From: Candidatus Rifleibacteriota bacterium
GTDB lineage: Bacteria > Muiribacteriota > Ozemobacteria > Ozemobacterales > Ozemobacteraceae
DNA: 64,000 bases
Assembly: GCA_017417215.1 (NCBI GenBank)
Contig: JAFPZP010000010.1
Span: forward strand, 10,155 to 74,154
Direction of reading: 5' to 3'
Positions 1-9,125 of this stretch are shown here, in pieces. Positions within the stretch are counted from its first letter, which is position 1; every line of letters starts with the position of its first letter. The position numbers were made by a program, and so were the translations under genes. Under the pieces are notes generated by a model. The model saw nothing but the letters and a program-made list of their open reading frames with translations, had not been told where the DNA came from and searched no databases.

Positions 1-77
1 TACCAACTACAATAAAAACTCTTCTCTTTTAAGAGAAGCAATTAAAAGTCCGAAGACAGTCTCAACTCTCAATTAAT

Positions 78-205
78 TTAAAGCGGACAGTTGCTTGCTC
101 AACCTTATTCTCCTCCGCGGTCTCTGTTAATTTGTACCTACGAATAAACTTTGAGGGAACGAGCCTTGTGCGGAGAATAGAGGTCTCGCGTCTACTGTCC
201 GCTCA
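78..205 (+). repeat. Copy A of a ~128-bp intergenic repeat element; its inverted partner lies at 12661-12790. An internal stem is possible (gcggacag...ctgtccgc; ccttattctcctccg...cggagaatagagg).
   Basis: Direct alignment of 78-205 with the reverse complement of 12661-12790 gives about 90% identity. Mismatches cluster in the central ttaatttgtacctacgaataaac segment. Partly shared, rearranged motifs continue into the flanks (ctcactcaccacgcc in both). Confidence 0.7.
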
Positions 206-369
206 CTCACCACCAACCACTCACCACGCCTCTGATTGCTACGCAATCAGCCCCCTCAGTCTTTGGCTATTCGCTCTCTGTAGCCAATTAGCACAATCTG
301 TCTGCTTTTTTATTGGGTTTAGGGGGTATTTGATTTCAGGGTGGGGTATTTGCTAGAATATCTGATGTT

Positions 370-2058
370 ATGGATTATTTGACACTAAAAACTCATATTT
401 CTGGATTATCAAAAAGGATAAAGTCAAAGCCAATATTAATCAGGGCTTATGATGTTTCTGGTCGTTCTATTTTTTTGAGACTAAAATTTGATGACTCTAT
501 CCAAGACTTGTGTGTTTGCCTGGATTCTCCAAATCAAGGAATATGGTTGTCTGAGCAGTGTACAGAAGTAGAAAAAAACTCTCTTATAGTCAGAAACATT
601 AACCGGCTTATTATTAATTCCAGATTAGTTTCTGTAGAATTGGCCGGTGATGAAAAAAAAGGTGAATATGACAGGGTTGTTAAACTTCACTTTGTAGCAA
701 TAGACGATTATTTTGGTCATAGAAGTGATTATTATGTTTTTTGTGAGTTTACGGGACGAATATCTGATGTGTTTTTCTGTGATTCTGATTATAAGATATT
801 AGACAGAATTTCTAGAACTTCAAATAATCTAGTTGGTGAAAACTATCGTTTGCCTGATTCCTTTAAATTATTGAATCCAGATGTTGTTGAAGACAAAGAG
901 TTGCTTAAGGCATTTGCTTCTGATTCTGAAGAGTGGGTAAACATAATTGGCTTTCTATCTCCATTAATGGCTAAGGAAATATCTTTCAGAGTAAGTCAGC
1001 TGTTGGGTGGAGATTTGGTTGAAAATAGATTAAAGGTTTTTCGAGAAATATTATCTGAGAGTGGTTCTTTAAAGGCTTATTTATATCAGAAACAAAACAA
1101 GGTATTTGCTCTATCGGCTTATGAATTAAAGCATGTTTCAATGTTAGGAGAGTATGAGAAGAAAGAGTTTGAATCAATAAACGATGCAATGAATTTTGTA
1201 GAAAAAAGCTTGATTGAACCGAAGCGTCTTGAGCAGGGAAAAAAGTTGGCTATTTCCCGTTTAAATAGGAGCTTAAAACAGAAAAAGCAACTTTTAATCG
1301 AGCAGAAAAAACTGAAAGAAAAATATGAAGATTCAGACAAATATCAGAAGCTTGGTGATTTGATAACGGCTAATATTTATCGAATTAAGCCTGGTTCTAC
1401 TTTCCTTGAAGCAGAAGACTGGAATAGCGGAGAACTGGTTAAAATAGAACTTGATCCTTCTAAGACTGCTGCTGCAAATGCAAAAAAGTATTTCAATCTT
1501 TGCAAGAAATCTAAGCGAGGGGTTATTGAGGTTGAAAAACGAATAGAAAGTCTTATTAGTGATATAAAATGGTTTGAAGAGCAGATATGGTTGGTTGAGA
1601 ATGCTGAAATAGAAACCTGGTTACAAATAGAAGAGAATACAAAAACAAATAGAATGACTAGAAGCAAAGAACCGTCTAATAAGAACAAAAATGCTAAAAA
1701 CCCGAGGGTTATGATAAAACCAAGTTTTGAGCAGAATGGTTGCAAATATTATGTTGGTCATAATGCAAAGCAGAATGATTTAATAACTTTTAAAATTGGA
1801 AAAAAGGGTGATATATGGTTTCACGCCAACGATGTTCCTGGGGCTCATGTGGTTTTGAAGAAACCAGAGGGAGATATTAACGAAGAAGATTTATTGGCTG
1901 GGGCAAGGTTTGCTGCTTTAAATTCTTTTGCTAAAAACAGTAGCAAAGTTTTGGTTGATTATACGGATGTAAGTAATGTGAAGCGTATTCCAAACGGTGG
2001 GTTAGGGCAGGTATCATATACGAATCAGCATACTATTGTTGTAGAATTAGGGGATTGA
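370..2058 (+). CDS. rqcH: RqcH/FbpA-family protein with an NFACT-N-like N-terminus, a central coiled coil and a C-terminal NFACT-R/DUF814 domain
   Basis: The C-terminal segment NGCKYYVGHNAKQNDLITFKIGKKGDIWFHANDVPGAHVVLK matches the conserved NFACT-R (DUF814) core of RqcH/FbpA/Tae2 proteins. The protein is 562 aa with a Lys/Glu-rich coiled-coil middle. The stop is TGA at 2056-2058. Confidence 0.6.
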   Translation: MDYLTLKTHISGLSKRIKSKPILIRAYDVSGRSIFLRLKFDDSIQDLCVCLDSPNQGIWLSEQCTEVEKNSLIVRNINRLIINSRLVSVELAGDEKKGEYDRVVKLHFVAIDDYFGHRSDYYVFCEFTGRISDVFFCDSDYKILDRISRTSNNLVGENYRLPDSFKLLNPDVVEDKELLKAFASDSEEWVNIIGFLSPLMAKEISFRVSQLLGGDLVENRLKVFREILSESGSLKAYLYQKQNKVFALSAYELKHVSMLGEYEKKEFESINDAMNFVEKSLIEPKRLEQGKKLAISRLNRSLKQKKQLLIEQKKLKEKYEDSDKYQKLGDLITANIYRIKPGSTFLEAEDWNSGELVKIELDPSKTAAANAKKYFNLCKKSKRGVIEVEKRIESLISDIKWFEEQIWLVENAEIETWLQIEENTKTNRMTRSKEPSNKNKNAKNPRVMIKPSFEQNGCKYYVGHNAKQNDLITFKIGKKGDIWFHANDVPGAHVVLKKPEGDINEEDLLAGARFAALNSFAKNSSKVLVDYTDVSNVKRIPNGGLGQVSYTNQHTIVVELGD

Positions 2059-2086
2059 CTTAAAAGCTTAAGGTGTACTAATATTA

Positions 2087-3658
2087 TTGTTTCAAGCTTG
2101 GAGGTTTCCCTTGTCTAATAATTTACTTAAAACTGAACTTGTTGAATATTTAAAAGAAGTTGAACTCGATGAAGAGCGTGTTTTGGCCAATCTGGTTTTT
2201 GACCCGGGTGTAATCGGGCAGCAGTTATTGGAAAATCATTTTACCATTGAAGATTTTAAAGGCCCAGAAGCCAATCGTGTTCTTTTGGGAACAATATTAG
2301 AAATTATTGAAGATGAAGAAACCTTAAGTCTTCCAAATTTAGTTTCCAGACTGATTAACCAGAATCAGGGAAAAAGAACTAAGCTTGAAGTCGTAGGCGG
2401 CGAAAGCAGAGTTAAGGATTTGATGCTGAATCCATTTTCAAAACCTGGTGTTAAGATGATGGAAGATATCGAACCTCTTATTGAGCAGATTCGAGATAGG
2501 AATATCAGATACGATTCTCATAAGACATTTATTCAATATTCCGAAAAAATAATAGATAATGATAAAGAAGTTTTTGAAGTATTGAGTGAAGGTATACAGT
2601 CGCTTCGTTCCATATTTTTGCAGGGCAGTGCCGGGTATATCAGAGGAATAGACTCTCATATCGATGAAATGCAGGAACTAATCGCAGACAGGCGATATCG
2701 AAAGCAAAGTTATCTAGGACTGAATACTAATTTCCCGATTCTTATGGAAAAACTAAATGGTTTTCAGAAAGAATTTTATCTGATAACCGGTGGGGTAGGG
2801 ATGGGAAAATCTACCTTTGCAACTCAGTTGGCTTGGGATTTAGCAACTATGAATCCAGAACTAACTGTAATTTATTTTAGTCTTGATCTTAATCGTATAG
2901 ATGCTACCTCAAAAATTGTTTCTCAGTGTGGTGAATTACCTATTGATTACGTTAAGAATCCTTATTCTATTCGTGACGATTTGGAAGAACGCCGTTCAGA
3001 AGCTTTGAAAAAAGTTGCTTCTATGAGCAAGAGGTTCATTCTTATTGATGAATCTTCCGGTAGACTTTCCATTGATGACGTAAAAAAATATGTTAAACGA
3101 ACCCGTCTCGAAAGGGGAGGGGAAGTTGCTGTTGTAATAGACCCGCTATATAAGATTCTGATAAGAAATCAACATCATATTGGTTTCAATGAAAAATGTA
3201 ACGTGTTGGCTTCTGAATTAAAGAGTCTGGCGGCAGTAGAGGGTGTTACTGTTATAGCTACGGCAGGTTTGCCAAAAGCTATTAGTAGTCGCAGACCAGT
3301 AAAAGAAGATTTGGAAGAAATAACGGGTTTGTTATATGACCCATATGCTATTTTCTTCTTGTATTGCGATTATTTGAATAACTTTGATACTCCTTTCCTT
3401 GAATGGGAATGGGGTAAAGAAGATTCTTTCATGATTCCGATAACTGAAGCTTTTGTTGCTAAAAATAAAATGGGAACTTCTAATTCGACTATTTTTTATC
3501 GATATTTCGAAGCTTTTTCAAAATTTAAAGAATGTGCTCCGCAAGAAGTTGAAAATTATTCTGCAATGATAGACAATCTTGAACGATTTAAAGAAGTTCA
3601 GGCTAATCAGAATTCAAAACAGCAGAATAGTGGTTCTCACCGTCAGGAGGAATTTTGA
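2087..3658 (+). CDS. dnaB: DnaB-family hexameric helicase, divergent: DnaB-like N-terminal domain plus RecA-like C-terminal domain
   Basis: TTG start at 2087. Walker A is GGVGMGKSTFATQLA. Segments align to DnaB motifs: FSLDL (vs SLEM), VVIDPLYKI (vs IDYLQL), SSRRPVKEDLEE (vs KRPmlSDLRES) and YDPYAIFFLY (vs DADvvmFlyR). The N-terminus (VLANLVFDPGVIGQQLLENHFTIEDFKGPEANRVLLGTILEI) is DnaB-N-like. Confidence 0.55.
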   Translation: MFQAWRFPLSNNLLKTELVEYLKEVELDEERVLANLVFDPGVIGQQLLENHFTIEDFKGPEANRVLLGTILEIIEDEETLSLPNLVSRLINQNQGKRTKLEVVGGESRVKDLMLNPFSKPGVKMMEDIEPLIEQIRDRNIRYDSHKTFIQYSEKIIDNDKEVFEVLSEGIQSLRSIFLQGSAGYIRGIDSHIDEMQELIADRRYRKQSYLGLNTNFPILMEKLNGFQKEFYLITGGVGMGKSTFATQLAWDLATMNPELTVIYFSLDLNRIDATSKIVSQCGELPIDYVKNPYSIRDDLEERRSEALKKVASMSKRFILIDESSGRLSIDDVKKYVKRTRLERGGEVAVVIDPLYKILIRNQHHIGFNEKCNVLASELKSLAAVEGVTVIATAGLPKAISSRRPVKEDLEEITGLLYDPYAIFFLYCDYLNNFDTPFLEWEWGKEDSFMIPITEAFVAKNKMGTSNSTIFYRYFEAFSKFKECAPQEVENYSAMIDNLERFKEVQANQNSKQQNSGSHRQEEF

Positions 3659-5547
3659 TGGAAGGAGAAGTTCTTGACCTATATAATAAGGCAGTTGCCG
3701 CTTACGACAGAGGGTCTTACGAAATAGCTATTCAGGAATATGAAAAGGCCTTAGCGCTTGAACCTGAAAATGTTGATATTTTAGTTAATCTTGGTGCTGT
3801 GTGTCTGCAAAAACGAAAAGTTGATCAGGCGATAAATTATTTCAGCAGTGCTTTAACTATAGATCCCAATAATAGTATGGCTTTGTATGACATAGGAAAG
3901 GCTTATATGTATAAGCAGGATTACAGACTTGCTTATATGGCTTTTCAGCAGGCGTCTGGTCTTTTGCCTGAAGATCTGGAAATTAAGCAGCTCATGGTTT
4001 CTTGTTTGAGATCTTTGGGAAAATATAAAGATGCCGTTGCTATAATGCTGGATAATGTGGAAAAGTTTTCTGGCAATGTTGATGCTTTGATGGAGCTTGG
4101 CGGTGATTTAAAAATGCTTGCCAGATATGAAGAAGCTTTGGAAATATACAGAAAGGCTTCTGATGCTGCTTGCAATTCCATAGAACCATTAAAAGGTATT
4201 TATGACTGTCAGATTCACTTAGGACATAAAGATAAGGCTCAAACTACTTTGAAAAGAGCGATGATGATTGAGCCTTCCAATCAGGAAGTTATTCTAAGGC
4301 TAACAGATCTTTACCTTGAAGAAAATAAGGTTCAGGAAGCTGTAGAACTTATTACCAAAGGTCTTGAAACTATAGAAAGCCCGATTCAGCTTAGAGAAAA
4401 GTATAATGAAATGGTGAGAAAGCTTCCCATTTTGAAAAAGAAGACTTCTCCAAGTAAGTTTGTTCCTGGGCAAAGTTCTCATGAAACAGAAGTTTTTGAT
4501 ATTCTTGATAAGCTTTATGATGGGAAAATGCCTATCGAATCTGCTTTAAATGAACTTGGCATACTTCATAAAAGAGAGCCTCAAGATATTCTTATTGCAG
4601 ATGAATACGCTAATTTGCTTTATCAGACAAGGCAGTTTGAAAAATCTGCGGAAGTTTATTCTGAATTATATCTTGCCAGACCGAACTTCCCTGTTCATAG
4701 AGTTGATTTAGCCAAGTCTCAAGCAATGAAAGGCGATGTGGAAGCTGCTAGAACAACATTGACAGACGCTATCAGAGATCTGGGTCATCAGGCAGAGTTG
4801 GATTTGGCGTTAGTTGAATTGGATTTGCTGGAAAGAGACTTTGAAAAAGCTGGTGCCCGACTTGATATGATAGTTAAGGAATTTCCAGATGATGTTCATG
4901 CTTTATTTCTTTATGCCTATACTGCTTTCAGAATGGATAAAGTTGATATAGCTGAAAAGACTTATGAAAAGCTTTTGGAAATTGCTAGCGGTGATGAAGA
5001 AGTGGCGATGTGGTATTCTCGCTTGGCTATTATGATTGGAAAACCAGAAAAGGCTCTTAAGGTATGGGACACTTTTAATGACGGAATAGATAGCTTTGTT
5101 GAAATAATGTGCCGTATTGAACTGAATATAGCTATGGGTGATACCAGTCAGATAATGAAGCTGCTTTGCAAAATAGGTGATTATAAGCCAAGATTTATAG
5201 AAGACCATTTAATGTTTGGCAAGGCATTTTTCTATGCAGAAGAATTCCCTTCTGCTCAGAGAGAATTTGATACTGTTTTAAGGGTTGAACCTCAGAATGC
5301 AGAAGCATTAGGAATGACGGCTGTTACTTCCTTAATGAGGAATAAAACAGCTCAATTTGCAAGCGTTTGGCAGAGAGCTATTTATTTAGATTCTTTATAT
5401 GCTATTTTGCCAATGATGATATTAAAAAGCTGTATGAAGTTCATTCCAAAAGAAAAACTAAGGAATGAAACCAAAAAGCTTATGAATATTGCTTCGCTTT
5501 CGGCTCCTGATTATTCAAGACTGAAAAGATTATATGATTCTTTGTAG
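3655..5547 (+). CDS. TPR-repeat protein
   Basis: There are multiple 34-aa tetratricopeptide-like repeats (e.g. YNKAVAAYDRGSYEIAIQEYEKALALEPEN, ALYDIGKAYMYKQDYRLAYMAFQQA). It overlaps the dnaB-like stop by 4 nt. The likely ATG is at 3658. Confidence 0.6.
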   Translation: MMEGEVLDLYNKAVAAYDRGSYEIAIQEYEKALALEPENVDILVNLGAVCLQKRKVDQAINYFSSALTIDPNNSMALYDIGKAYMYKQDYRLAYMAFQQASGLLPEDLEIKQLMVSCLRSLGKYKDAVAIMLDNVEKFSGNVDALMELGGDLKMLARYEEALEIYRKASDAACNSIEPLKGIYDCQIHLGHKDKAQTTLKRAMMIEPSNQEVILRLTDLYLEENKVQEAVELITKGLETIESPIQLREKYNEMVRKLPILKKKTSPSKFVPGQSSHETEVFDILDKLYDGKMPIESALNELGILHKREPQDILIADEYANLLYQTRQFEKSAEVYSELYLARPNFPVHRVDLAKSQAMKGDVEAARTTLTDAIRDLGHQAELDLALVELDLLERDFEKAGARLDMIVKEFPDDVHALFLYAYTAFRMDKVDIAEKTYEKLLEIASGDEEVAMWYSRLAIMIGKPEKALKVWDTFNDGIDSFVEIMCRIELNIAMGDTSQIMKLLCKIGDYKPRFIEDHLMFGKAFFYAEEFPSAQREFDTVLRVEPQNAEALGMTAVTSLMRNKTAQFASVWQRAIYLDSLYAILPMMILKSCMKFIPKEKLRNETKKLMNIASLSAPDYSRLKRLYDSL

Positions 5548-5556
5548 GATTTAATT

Positions 5557-7014
5557 ATGGCTAAAAAGATAGAAAAAATAGATTCTAATGATGAAAATAC
5601 TGTTCGTCAGATGATTGCAGATCTTGAGAATATAGAAGAAAATCGATTGAATGATGCTGTCTGCGATATTATAGATATTGGCAGTAAACCAATATTAATG
5701 CTTATAGAAGCTTTACCAGATATGTCTGAAGAAGTTGGCAGCATTGTTGTTCAAAAGTTGGAAGATTTCTTCTATTTCCATCCGGAAAAGGGTGAGAAGG
5801 TTGTTGAAAGATTGAAAAAATCTGTAAGAGAAGCGCCGGAAAGATATAGAGCTGGGTTGTTGTCTGCTTTGTCTGATATTCTTGAAGCAATAGATGAATC
5901 TGGTGAAACTATCAGCACAATGGGTGAAGAAGCTATGTCTGTGCTTTGCTCTAATACTGATATAACTAGAATTGGAAAAGCTATCGAAATTTTGATAAGA
6001 GCTGAAAAGTATGATTCTATACCACATATTATCAAATTAATGACAAAATCTACTGATAAGTTAGATAAATTTGAGTATTATCAATTTATTGAAACTTCTT
6101 TGCTGGCTCTTAAGAGACTAGGTGGGGAAGCGGTTCTTAGATTACTTGTTAATCCTTTATCTGATTCTGCTATTAAACAGCTTAGAATAGAATGGAGAAC
6201 AAAAGAACAAAAACTGCTTGAAGATACATTAATTGCTCTTCAGAAGCTTGATTCTGATTTCGCCCAGGTTATGATTAAGGTAGTTGATTTGTCTGAATTT
6301 AATCTTCCATTTGCTGCTATGCTTAATGAAGGAATAAAGCACAGTGATAAATGGGTAAGACAGGCTGCTGTAGAAGCTATGAGCAAAACTAGTGAAAATA
6401 TGACTCCAGAAGCTCTTTCTAGAATGCTTTCAGATCCAGCTCCAGAAGTAAGACTTATGGCAACTACGTCATTAGGTGCTTTTGATAAAAAACAGACTGG
6501 TGATTTATTATTAGATTTGGCTGGCAGAGAAGAAGAATCGATAGATATAAGACTTAATGCTTTATATGCTTTATATGCTCAAGGAAATTTGGCTGCTTTG
6601 CAGCAATTAGCAGCTAAAAAAGAAAATGAAAAAATAACTGTAAACGCTGAAGGATTGGCGGCCTTGTTGATGCCTCACGAACAAGGTTTACATAAGATGT
6701 TAGATGTTTATATGGCTACAAAAGAAAGTTTGTTGCCAGAAGCAGCACATTATTTGTCTGAATTAACCGTTCCAGAAGACATAGGTGCTATGGTTGCTGC
6801 TCATTCTAAGGGTAATGAAGAACAGCGTGACAAAATGATTAGGTTTTTAAAAGCTTTTGTTGAAAATAATGACGGACCTAAGCTTGAGGCAGCAATGAAA
6901 GCACAGCTTAATGAGGCTGAAAGAAGCGCTTTAAAGAGAATGATTCCTGAAAAGAAGTCTCATGACGAATCGGATGAATGCGATTGCTCTTGTGGTGAGC
7001 ATCATCATCATTGA
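5557..7014 (+). CDS. HEAT/armadillo-like repeat protein with a Cys/His-rich C-terminal tail (CDCSCGEHHHH)
   Basis: Repeated helical HEAT-like units occur (e.g. KWVRQAAVEAMSK, APEVRLMATTSLGAF, IDIRLNALYALY). The protein ends ...ESDECDCSCGEHHHH followed by TGA. Confidence 0.5.
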   Translation: MAKKIEKIDSNDENTVRQMIADLENIEENRLNDAVCDIIDIGSKPILMLIEALPDMSEEVGSIVVQKLEDFFYFHPEKGEKVVERLKKSVREAPERYRAGLLSALSDILEAIDESGETISTMGEEAMSVLCSNTDITRIGKAIEILIRAEKYDSIPHIIKLMTKSTDKLDKFEYYQFIETSLLALKRLGGEAVLRLLVNPLSDSAIKQLRIEWRTKEQKLLEDTLIALQKLDSDFAQVMIKVVDLSEFNLPFAAMLNEGIKHSDKWVRQAAVEAMSKTSENMTPEALSRMLSDPAPEVRLMATTSLGAFDKKQTGDLLLDLAGREEESIDIRLNALYALYAQGNLAALQQLAAKKENEKITVNAEGLAALLMPHEQGLHKMLDVYMATKESLLPEAAHYLSELTVPEDIGAMVAAHSKGNEEQRDKMIRFLKAFVENNDGPKLEAAMKAQLNEAERSALKRMIPEKKSHDESDECDCSCGEHHHH

Positions 7015-7062
7015 GATGTAAGATGTAAGATATAAGATATAAGATAGAAGATAGAAGATAGG
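7014..7062. repeat. Tandem heptamer array: (AGATGTA)2 (AGATATA)2 (AGATAGA)2 AGATAGG
   Basis: This was read directly: seven consecutive 7-mers start on the last base of the HEAT-gene stop codon. Confidence 0.8.
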
Positions 7063-7075
7063 TAAAACTGACCTA

Positions 7076-7140
7076 AAAATAGGACTTTTTTCGTGTTCTT
7101 AGTGGAATATGATTAAGTCCTATTTTTTTTAGCTAAAAAG
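7076..7140 (+). terminator. Inverted repeat aaaataggact ... agtcctatttt followed by a T-run; a possible terminator for the HEAT-repeat gene
   Basis: The 11-bp arms sit at 7076-7086 and 7126-7136, then TTTTTTTT. The loop is long (39 nt), so this is not a canonical intrinsic terminator. Confidence 0.3.
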
Positions 7141-7361
7141 GCATATATTAATTTGTTATCATATAATAGATAATTGAAGTTTTAAAAGTCGCTTATGATC
7201 TGATTTTATTTGTTTTACGTTTCGAATAATAATTATTTAAATTTTGATAACGTTAACAAACAATTATTTATAATATGATAACTAAAACAAAATCATGATA
7301 ACAATAAGTCATATATTAATCTAAATATTGATAATAAGGCTAAAAATAGACGAAAAATGAG

Positions 7362-7512
7362 AATGATGATTAGTGGTAGGTGATTAGTGGTGAGTGTGAA
7401 TGATTTAGTGGTTGGTGGTAGGAAGTTTAGGTGTGAGTGTGAATGATTGGTGGTAGATGGTTGGTGGTGGGTGATGAGTTGGAAGAAGGAAGAAGGGAGA
7501 TGGGAGATGGTT
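7362..7512. repeat. Degenerate GT-rich (CA-rich on the minus strand) low-complexity tandem repeat region, 3' of minus-strand gene 7511-8233
   Basis: Repeated units include gtgattagtgg, gtgagtgtgaatgatt (x2) and ggttggtggt. The minus strand reads caccaccaacca-type motifs, also present at 204-232 next to repeat copy A. Confidence 0.6.
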
Positions 7513-8233
7513 AGGGTTTGATTGTTGCTGAAGATATTGAGCCAGTGCTTGAAGCTGGAGATTGTTTTTGTTCAGAAGTATTATTGTTGTTGCTAGGGGC
7601 TTTAATTTTTATTTTGCCATCTTTATCAGATGTTATTTCAACAGTATCAGAACCGTTTTCTTCGTTTTCGTCATACTCACTCCAGTCACCCCAGGGGTTA
7701 TATTCTGGGTTTGTTGGTTGAGGTGGATTCAAGGCTGCTAACTCAGCTTCTTTGTCTCTTTGTTTCTTCGCTTCAACGCTTGCTGCATATGAAGCAACAT
7801 TGCTTTTTCTTTTGGCTAATAGAGCTTTTTCTGCTTCTTCTTGCTGTTTTGAAATAGCAATATTTGCTTCTTCTTCTAATTCTTTTATTATTGTGCTTTC
7901 TTCACCAAAAGAGAAACTGTCGAAATCCATTCCACCTAGAATCTTTTCGATGTCTTCTTCTTCATCTTCTGTCTTTTGAAGTTTTGGAAAATCTATTACT
8001 CTATTGGCTTTTTCCTTCATGGATTCTGTAGGAACGGGCTCGTAGGAAAACTCTATTGGTTTATAGTTGTAGTAGCCAGAAGTATATGGTGAATTCCTTA
8101 TTTGAGAGTCGTTTTTTCTGTTTGGATAAGGAAAAATGTATCTGTTAATGGTTTGTGATTCTGCAGGAATAGAAAGCAGTAGAAAAAACAGATTTATAGA
8201 TAGAATTTGTGATAAGGAATTGTTATGCAGCAT
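7511..8233 (-). CDS. Secreted low-complexity acidic protein, hypothetical
   Basis: There is an N-terminal hydrophobic signal-like segment (LSQILSINLFFLLLSIPAES). A Glu/Lys-rich middle and an Asn/Ser-rich C-terminus follow. No recognisable catalytic motif is present. Confidence 0.4.
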   Translation of the reverse strand: MLHNNSLSQILSINLFFLLLSIPAESQTINRYIFPYPNRKNDSQIRNSPYTSGYYNYKPIEFSYEPVPTESMKEKANRVIDFPKLQKTEDEEEDIEKILGGMDFDSFSFGEESTIIKELEEEANIAISKQQEEAEKALLAKRKSNVASYAASVEAKKQRDKEAELAALNPPQPTNPEYNPWGDWSEYDENEENGSDTVEITSDKDGKIKIKAPSNNNNTSEQKQSPASSTGSISSATIKP

Positions 8234-9104
8234 ACCACACCACTAAGTTGTCTAAAATTCGGTATTTTATTGCCCCATTTTTGTGTAATGCTGATAAATA
8301 ACCGTTAACAGTGGCTCTGAAAAGGAAATACTGCCACCCATTTTTCTTCATTTCATAATGGCTTAAAAAGCTTTTTACTACCCTTTCCTGGGATTGTGGG
8401 ACTTTTAATAGTCTTCTCATAAATGCAACAGCATTATTAACATGAGTTGAATTGTTTGCCAGCAAGGTAGCGATATTGCTGGTATGGCGAAGATGACCAC
8501 CAACAAAATTTTGAGCTTGAACTTTTTTTAGATTTTCAAGAGTTTGCAGATGAACTAATGGGTCATAATTGAATGGGAGCAGATGTTTTTTAAAGAATAT
8601 GTCTGGAAAGACTGCATCAGCGATAAAAGCTGTTCCGTCAACCAAAAAGCCTTTCTGGTTGATGGAATGACCAGGAAGATCTAATACGTTTATTGTTAAA
8701 TCTTCGATTTTTAGTTCTTTTTCTGTAAATATTTCTGGCTCTGAAGGTAGAGCCATTATGAATCTGTTCATCAAATCCTGGGTTGGAGCTCCAGAAAAGA
8801 GAAGAGCAGCCTGAATAAGAGGATAGCTTATGATAGGGGCTTCAAGAGGTGCTGCAAGTATTTTGCAGTTTGTTGTTTTTTGAAGAAAGTTATTGCCACC
8901 AACATGGTCTGCATGAGAATGGGTGTTTAAAATATATGATATTTGGTATCTGTAATCTGATAGTAGTTCATAGATTTTTTTTGCGTAGTTGCTGTCTATT
9001 CCTGAATCTACTAAAATAACACGACTTTTTTCTAAGGTAATTATACCAACGTTTACAGGACCAGGAATATAGTAAGTTCTGTCTGAAAGTCTTGTTAATT
9101 CCAT
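8223..9104 (-). CDS. MBL-fold metallo-hydrolase
   Basis: The motif HSHADHVGG (HxHxDH) and downstream His/Asp ligands (LPGHS) are present. Length is 293 aa. Confidence 0.7.
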   Translation of the reverse strand: MELTRLSDRTYYIPGPVNVGIITLEKSRVILVDSGIDSNYAKKIYELLSDYRYQISYILNTHSHADHVGGNNFLQKTTNCKILAAPLEAPIISYPLIQAALLFSGAPTQDLMNRFIMALPSEPEIFTEKELKIEDLTINVLDLPGHSINQKGFLVDGTAFIADAVFPDIFFKKHLLPFNYDPLVHLQTLENLKKVQAQNFVGGHLRHTSNIATLLANNSTHVNNAVAFMRRLLKVPQSQERVVKSFLSHYEMKKNGWQYFLFRATVNGYLSALHKNGAIKYRILDNLVVWYAA

Positions 9105-9125
9105 AGATACCTCTATTTCTTCAAT

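Noticed and set aside
1-77. Possible short hairpin (cttctct...agagaag) and a 4-codon gene end at the left edge
   Set aside because: The stem would leave a loop of 2 nt or fewer, and no T-run follows. There is too little sequence to call an upstream gene.
132-356. 74-aa ORF on the plus strand overlapping repeat copy A
   Set aside because: It lies inside a repeat element with an internal hairpin and has no RBS. Its composition is driven by the CA-rich repeat, so it is most likely not coding.
986-1745. Antisense ORFs nested inside rqcH (986-1189, 1119-1340, 1377-1745). Similar nested or antisense ORFs sit inside most large genes (e.g. 3945-4181, 21492-23899, 50726-53395, 54406-56181)
   Set aside because: They are low-complexity translations opposite well-supported genes with no independent signals. 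These are typical AT-rich-genome shadow ORFs.
7014-7062. Heptamer tandem array as a possible CRISPR array
   Set aside because: The units are 7 nt with no spacers and no cas genes in the window. It is a simple microsatellite-like array. No CRISPR repeat-spacer structure was seen anywhere in the window.
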